DNA from: a virus
Length of the DNA: 64,000 nt
Direction: 5' to 3' (one strand)
IMG/VR virus record: IMGVR_UViG_3300032675_001827
Location: 10,605 to 74,604 of that record
Shown: positions 59,189-64,000 of the stretch, in pieces
Layout: each line of letters begins with the position of its first letter
Position numbering within the stretch: position 1 is the first letter of the stretch
Made by a program: the position numbers and the translations under genes
The notes under the pieces: model-generated
Seen by the model: the letters and a program-made list of their open reading frames with translations, nothing else
What the model was told of the DNA's origin: nothing
Database searches by the model: none

Positions 59189-62100
59189 ATGTCAACACCA
59201 ATTGATTTTATTGTACGACAGGGTTTACAAGTACAGACAAACGTTGTAGTAGGGTCTTATACACTAAACGTAGCAACTCCTCCAACAAACGGTTTAATTG
59301 TTAGTGGGAATGTTGGTGTAGGTACAGCAAGTCCTGTACAAAAATTACAAGTTGTTGGCAATATACAAATTACCAACAATGCCAGCAGTCTAAGCGGAAT
59401 ATATTTTGCCGACGGTACCTATCAGGCAACTAGCGCAGCCAGTTATTCAACGCCATCAGGCGGCCCGGCTAATAGCGTGCAGTATAACAATGGCCTAGGC
59501 GGTTTTGGTGGATCTAGCAATTTTGTGTTTTCTAGCAATTTCGTTGGCATAGGCACAAGCAATCCTGCTCATATTTTAGACGTGCAATCAAGCTCAAGCA
59601 TTGCCAGCTTTGCCACAAAAACTGGTACGGACTATCAAATTTTTGTAGGCAATAACACGCCAGCAGGTAATGCGGCTGTAATAGGGTATAATAATACTTC
59701 GGAATATGCGTACATTGGAACAGCAAGTGGTGTTGCAAATAGCAATGTTTATATTTTAGCCAACGGAAATGTTGGTATAGGAGTTAGCAACCCTGCAAGT
59801 AAAATGGACGTCAATGGCGGACTATCTGTTGGCAGTTATGCAGGCAGTCAATCTGCACCTACAAATGGATTGATAGTTAGTGGAAGTGTAGGTATAGGTA
59901 TTACTAACCCTACTGCTAAGTTAAGTATTGTAGCAGGTGCTGGTCAGACTGGTTTGATTGTATCTGCTAACGCAACCGCTGGAGTTTTTGAACAATTCCA
60001 AGATAGCAATAGTAATACCAAATTCCAAGTTGATGCAACTGGTAACATCAGTATCGGCGGATGGACAGGCAATGTAATTGCTGCTAACTACGGCGGAACT
60101 GGTCAATCTTCATTTACAACGGGAGATATTTTATACGCTGGTAGTACAGGCTCTATAGCAGCTCTAACCAAACTTGGCATAGGATCAACTGGCACAGTAT
60201 TACAGGTAAACAGCGGCATTCCAAGTTGGGGACAAGTAAATCTTGCTTCCAATAATGTAACTGGTATTTTGCCTCTTGCTAACGGCGGCACAAATGCAAG
60301 TTCGTTCTCAAGTCAGGCGATAGTTTACACCGCAAACTCTACAACAATGACAGGGCTTGTAAGCTCTGTAAATGCAGCAGTTGTATTCTCTAATACCGGT
60401 GCTCCTTCTGCAGTATCAGGCGGTCCATACACCTATCTCAGCCCAGGTGCCGGCGGCGGCAATCTAAGCTTCAGTAAGGTAGATCTTGCTAACGGTGTTA
60501 CTAACACGCTAGGAGCAGGTAACGGTGGTACTGGCCAAAATACCATAGGTCAGTATCAGTTACTAGTTGGGGGTGCAACTAACAACTGGAACCTTCTTAG
60601 TTCGTCAGCTACAAGTGCATTGGTTACCAGTGTTACTGGGTCGCCTCAGTGGACAACCGGTGCTGCCAACACAGTATTACGCAGTAATGGAACCACAATT
60701 ACCTTTAGCCAGGTAGTACTAACATCTGATGTGAGCGGTATATTGCCTTATGCAAATGGCGGTACTAATGCCAATACGTCGTGGACTCAAGGATCTTTAA
60801 TTTTTGCAGGCTCTTCTAGCTTTGCGCAAAATAACGCCCAGCTTTATTGGGATAATACAAATAATAGACTTGGTTTAGGCACAACTACACCAACAACTAC
60901 GCTTGACGTAAATGGTGCAGCAACTATTCGCAACGGTGCAAATGTCGTTGCAGGCGGCATGTTCGTCCAGGCCGGTGTTGGGAACTTTGTAAGCAGTGTA
61001 ATTGCTAACGATCTAACAGGCAATACTTCAATTTACACTCCAAGATTGAGTGTCAGTACAAGTGCAAACGTAGGCGGATTGACTAGTAATTCTACAGTGT
61101 TGGTTAACGGTACCGAACAAAGCACTAGTTATACAAACGGAGCGTTAGTTGTTCAAGGTGGTGCAGGTATCGGGCAAGATCTTAACGTAGGAGGCAATCT
61201 AAGTACCAATGGCAGCATGGTAATTTCGGGAAATCTTACGGTACTAGGTAATGTCATTTCAATTGCGTCAACCGAATATGTATTTGCAGGGCCTATCATT
61301 GAAATAGGTGCAGGCAACAATGAAGTAGCCTATGACGGCAATCAAGATCGCGGTGTGGAATTTCATTACTTTGACAACATTGGCAATAATAATACATTTG
61401 GCTTCTTTGGTATGCAAAAAAGCAGTCAATCATTTATATATGTTGCCAATGCAAGCTATCCAAGTGGACAAGGCGATGCAGACATTTTCTACGGACAACC
61501 TGGTAATGCCTATTTTGGTAATATTACAATTGGTTCCGCAGGTGCAAACAACCAAGCTTATCCTCTGCCTAGCACAAGCACCACAAGCGGTGCATTGGTA
61601 ATTGGCGGGTCAGGTGGCATTGGCCTCGGCGGAAGTATTAACGCAGGCGGCAACGGTTATTTTACAACTGGTCTGAACACAGGTGGAACAGCGGTTGTTA
61701 ATTATCTGGTATCAAACGGCGGTATAAGCGGCTCTACTATTAGCGGTAGCGGTCAACTTACAGTAGCTAGTGTAGTTTCAAACAGCTTTATAAATGGCAC
61801 AAGTATTGCGTCAAGTGGTCCATTAAGTGCAGCAGATGCAATTACTGGCGCAAGCGTTGTTTCAAACAGCTTTATAAATGGCACAAGTATTGCGTCAAGT
61901 GGTCCATTAAGTGCAGCAGATGCAATTACTGGCGCAACTGTTACCAGTAACGGCTTTATATTTGGTTCAAGCTTGAACACAAGTGGTACTGCAACTGTTA
62001 ACACACTGGTTAGCAATGGAGCGGTGCAAGGTGCAAGTGTTTACAGTTCTGGCCCAATATCGGCTGTAGGAACTATTACTGCTGCCAATTTAGTCAGCAA

Positions 62101-63400
62101 TGCCGGAATACAAACTGTAGATTTCTATGCAACTGGTCCAATAAACGGCGCATCAACTGCTACATTTGCAAATATCACAAGTAATGGATACATTCAAGGC
62201 TCAAGTGTTTATAGCTCTGGACCAATATCAGCAGTTGGCGCAATAACTGGTGCAACAATTACCAGTAATAGCTTCATATTTGGTTCAAGTATTAACAGTT
62301 CTGGTGCTGCAATCGCAGCCAGCATCACAAGTAATAGCTACGTTCAAGGTGCAAGTGTTTACAGTTCTGGCCCAATATCGGCTGTAGGAACTATTACTGC
62401 TGCCAATTTAGTCAGCAATGCTGGAATACAAACTGTAGATTTCTATGCAACTGGTCCAATAAACGGCGCATCAACTGCTACATTTGCAAATATACAATCA
62501 AATGGTTATGTACAAGGCGCAAGTTTTTACAGTTCTGGCCCAATATCTGCTGTAGGAACTATTACTGCTGCTAACTTTACTTCAAATGGTTTCGTTTTTG
62601 CATCAACTATTAATTCAAGCGGCAGTGCTACAGTCAATAGTTTGGTCAGCAACAGTTTTGTTCAAGGTGCAAGTGTTTACAGTTCTGGCCCAATATCGGC
62701 TGTAGGAACTATTACTGCTGCCAATTTAGTCAGCAATGCTGGAATACAAACTGTAGATTTCTATGCAACTGGTCCAATAAACGGCGCATCAACTGCTACA
62801 TTTGCAAATATACAATCAAATGGTTATGTACAAGGCGCAAGTTTGTATGCTAGCGGAACAATTAATGCAACCGGCTCTCTAACTGCGGCAAATATGACTT
62901 CAAATGGTTTCGTTTTTGCCAGCAGCTTGAATACCAGCGGTACCATTACAACAAATAATTTAACAAGCAATGGTTATGTACAAGGTGCCAGCATATATAG
63001 TTCAGGACCAATTAGTGCTGTAGGAACATTAACTTCTGCTGCAATTGTCAGTAATACAAGCGTCACAGGCAACAGCTTTGTAATGAATGGTAACCTTGCA
63101 ACTATTAGCACTACCGGCACTGTAACTGTAGATACCTTCCCAACTTCTACTTATAGAACTGTACACTATCTAGCACAAATAACGGATAATACCAACGTTG
63201 GTCAGTTCCACAGCGAACAGCTAATGATTTTACAAGACGGGACCACAGCATACCAAACAGAATTCAATTTGGTCTTCAGTGTACAACCTTTAGGTGCGTT
63301 TAGTTCAAGCATTTCCGGCGGCGTCTTTAGTTTATTCTTTACACCATATGCTGCAACAAATAAATCGATAAGAGTAGTTAGGACCGGGGTCGACATCTAA
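59189..63400 (+). CDS. Large tail-fibre-like protein with internal DNA-level duplications
   Basis: DFIVRQGL start, GNVGIG repeats, LP.ANGGT repeats, DRGVEFHY, GALVV.GG.GI; three 318-bp-period and two 84-bp-period repeats at 61775-62840. Confidence 0.8.
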   Translation: MSTPIDFIVRQGLQVQTNVVVGSYTLNVATPPTNGLIVSGNVGVGTASPVQKLQVVGNIQITNNASSLSGIYFADGTYQATSAASYSTPSGGPANSVQYNNGLGGFGGSSNFVFSSNFVGIGTSNPAHILDVQSSSSIASFATKTGTDYQIFVGNNTPAGNAAVIGYNNTSEYAYIGTASGVANSNVYILANGNVGIGVSNPASKMDVNGGLSVGSYAGSQSAPTNGLIVSGSVGIGITNPTAKLSIVAGAGQTGLIVSANATAGVFEQFQDSNSNTKFQVDATGNISIGGWTGNVIAANYGGTGQSSFTTGDILYAGSTGSIAALTKLGIGSTGTVLQVNSGIPSWGQVNLASNNVTGILPLANGGTNASSFSSQAIVYTANSTTMTGLVSSVNAAVVFSNTGAPSAVSGGPYTYLSPGAGGGNLSFSKVDLANGVTNTLGAGNGGTGQNTIGQYQLLVGGATNNWNLLSSSATSALVTSVTGSPQWTTGAANTVLRSNGTTITFSQVVLTSDVSGILPYANGGTNANTSWTQGSLIFAGSSSFAQNNAQLYWDNTNNRLGLGTTTPTTTLDVNGAATIRNGANVVAGGMFVQAGVGNFVSSVIANDLTGNTSIYTPRLSVSTSANVGGLTSNSTVLVNGTEQSTSYTNGALVVQGGAGIGQDLNVGGNLSTNGSMVISGNLTVLGNVISIASTEYVFAGPIIEIGAGNNEVAYDGNQDRGVEFHYFDNIGNNNTFGFFGMQKSSQSFIYVANASYPSGQGDADIFYGQPGNAYFGNITIGSAGANNQAYPLPSTSTTSGALVIGGSGGIGLGGSINAGGNGYFTTGLNTGGTAVVNYLVSNGGISGSTISGSGQLTVASVVSNSFINGTSIASSGPLSAADAITGASVVSNSFINGTSIASSGPLSAADAITGATVTSNGFIFGSSLNTSGTATVNTLVSNGAVQGASVYSSGPISAVGTITAANLVSNAGIQTVDFYATGPINGASTATFANITSNGYIQGSSVYSSGPISAVGAITGATITSNSFIFGSSINSSGAAIAASITSNSYVQGASVYSSGPISAVGTITAANLVSNAGIQTVDFYATGPINGASTATFANIQSNGYVQGASFYSSGPISAVGTITAANFTSNGFVFASTINSSGSATVNSLVSNSFVQGASVYSSGPISAVGTITAANLVSNAGIQTVDFYATGPINGASTATFANIQSNGYVQGASLYASGTINATGSLTAANMTSNGFVFASSLNTSGTITTNNLTSNGYVQGASIYSSGPISAVGTLTSAAIVSNTSVTGNSFVMNGNLATISTTGTVTVDTFPTSTYRTVHYLAQITDNTNVGQFHSEQLMILQDGTTAYQTEFNLVFSVQPLGAFSSSISGGVFSLFFTPYAATNKSIRVVRTGVDI

Positions 63401-63457
63401 ATAGGGTGCCATAAATACCTTTACATAATTTGCTAACGATGGAAAGGGAAATCGGAA

Positions 63458-64000
63458 GTGGCAAACAACAACGACTTTATAGTCAAAAATGGTCTACAGG
63501 TCTCTGCTAATTTAGTTGTAGGTTCTTATACGCTTACCCCTGGTATCGTTCCCATTACAAATGGGGCAATTATAAGCGGTAATGTTGGCATAGGCACTTC
63601 GTCTGTATCAGCCGGTAACGCATTAGCTGTCTTAGGCGGTAATATATTTGTAAGTGGCTCTTTGCAGATAAGCAATGCTGCTGGTCAACTGGGCGGCATA
63701 CAATTTTCAGACGGTACTTTTCAAGCAACTGCGTCATCATCTGGTCCCGGAACAAGCGGATTCAGTGGTTATTCAGGTATCTCTGGATTCAGCGGATTCA
63801 GCGGTTATTCAGGTATCTCTGGATTCAGCGGATTCAGCGGTTACTCAGGCATAAGTGGATTTAGTGGTTACAGTGGATATTCAGGTATCTCTGGGTTTAG
63901 TGGTTATTCAGGTGTAAGTGGATTCAGTGGTTACAGCGGTTATTCAGGTGTAAGTGGATTCAGTGGTTACAGCGGTTATTCAGGTATCAGTGGTTATAGT
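63458..64000 (+). CDS. 5' part of another fibre protein with SGY repeats (runs off the window; not in the ORF track)
   Basis: TAAATA upstream and GGAAAGGGAA, then GTG: VANNNDFIVKNGLQV... (paralogue of the 59189 N-terminus), GIQFSDGTFQ, then S-G-F/Y/I triplets to the end. Confidence 0.85.
   Translation, partial: MANNNDFIVKNGLQVSANLVVGSYTLTPGIVPITNGAIISGNVGIGTSSVSAGNALAVLGGNIFVSGSLQISNAAGQLGGIQFSDGTFQATASSSGPGTSGFSGYSGISGFSGFSGYSGISGFSGFSGYSGISGFSGYSGYSGISGFSGYSGVSGFSGYSGYSGVSGFSGYSGYSGISGYS

Noticed and set aside
59189-63400. Diversity-generating retroelement TR/VR pair
   Set aside because: The repeats are in-frame internal duplications without adenine-specific mismatches, and no reverse transcriptase is present in the window.

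Overview
A 64-kb segment of an AT-rich jumbo (T4-related, myovirus-like) phage genome. It is probably not a bacterial chromosome: it has rIIA/rIIB, PhoH, many TA(TA)AATA late promoters, homing endonucleases and giant tail-fibre-like genes. The DnaK sequence, CTTGAC-N16/17-GCTATA promoters, leaderless starts, a PhaR-like box and LpxC point to a Gram-negative, probably alphaproteobacterial host (inference). Contents: (1) the 3' end of a group I intron with its homing endonuclease, splitting dnaK; (2) host-like translation and proteostasis genes (minimal RF1-like release factor, IF-1, bL33, peptide deformylase, Thg1, DnaK, DnaJ, ClpA); (3) LpxC; (4) a glycan-modification set built around a non-carboxylating RuBisCO-like protein, a sugar nucleotidyltransferase, a cupin and about 8 glycosyl/methyltransferase-like genes; (5) large virion proteins with GPT/GAT collagen and unusual SGY repeats. 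Best candidates for new biology: the RF1-like gene has an in-frame UGA at its conserved Trp and two small genes have in-frame UAG codons, suggesting a stop-codon readthrough switch; a RuBisCO-like-protein-centred pathway that may glycosylate the virion; a phage LpxC; and a homing endonuclease that appears to have swapped the C-terminus of thg1. All protein calls come from motif recognition by eye; no database search was run.
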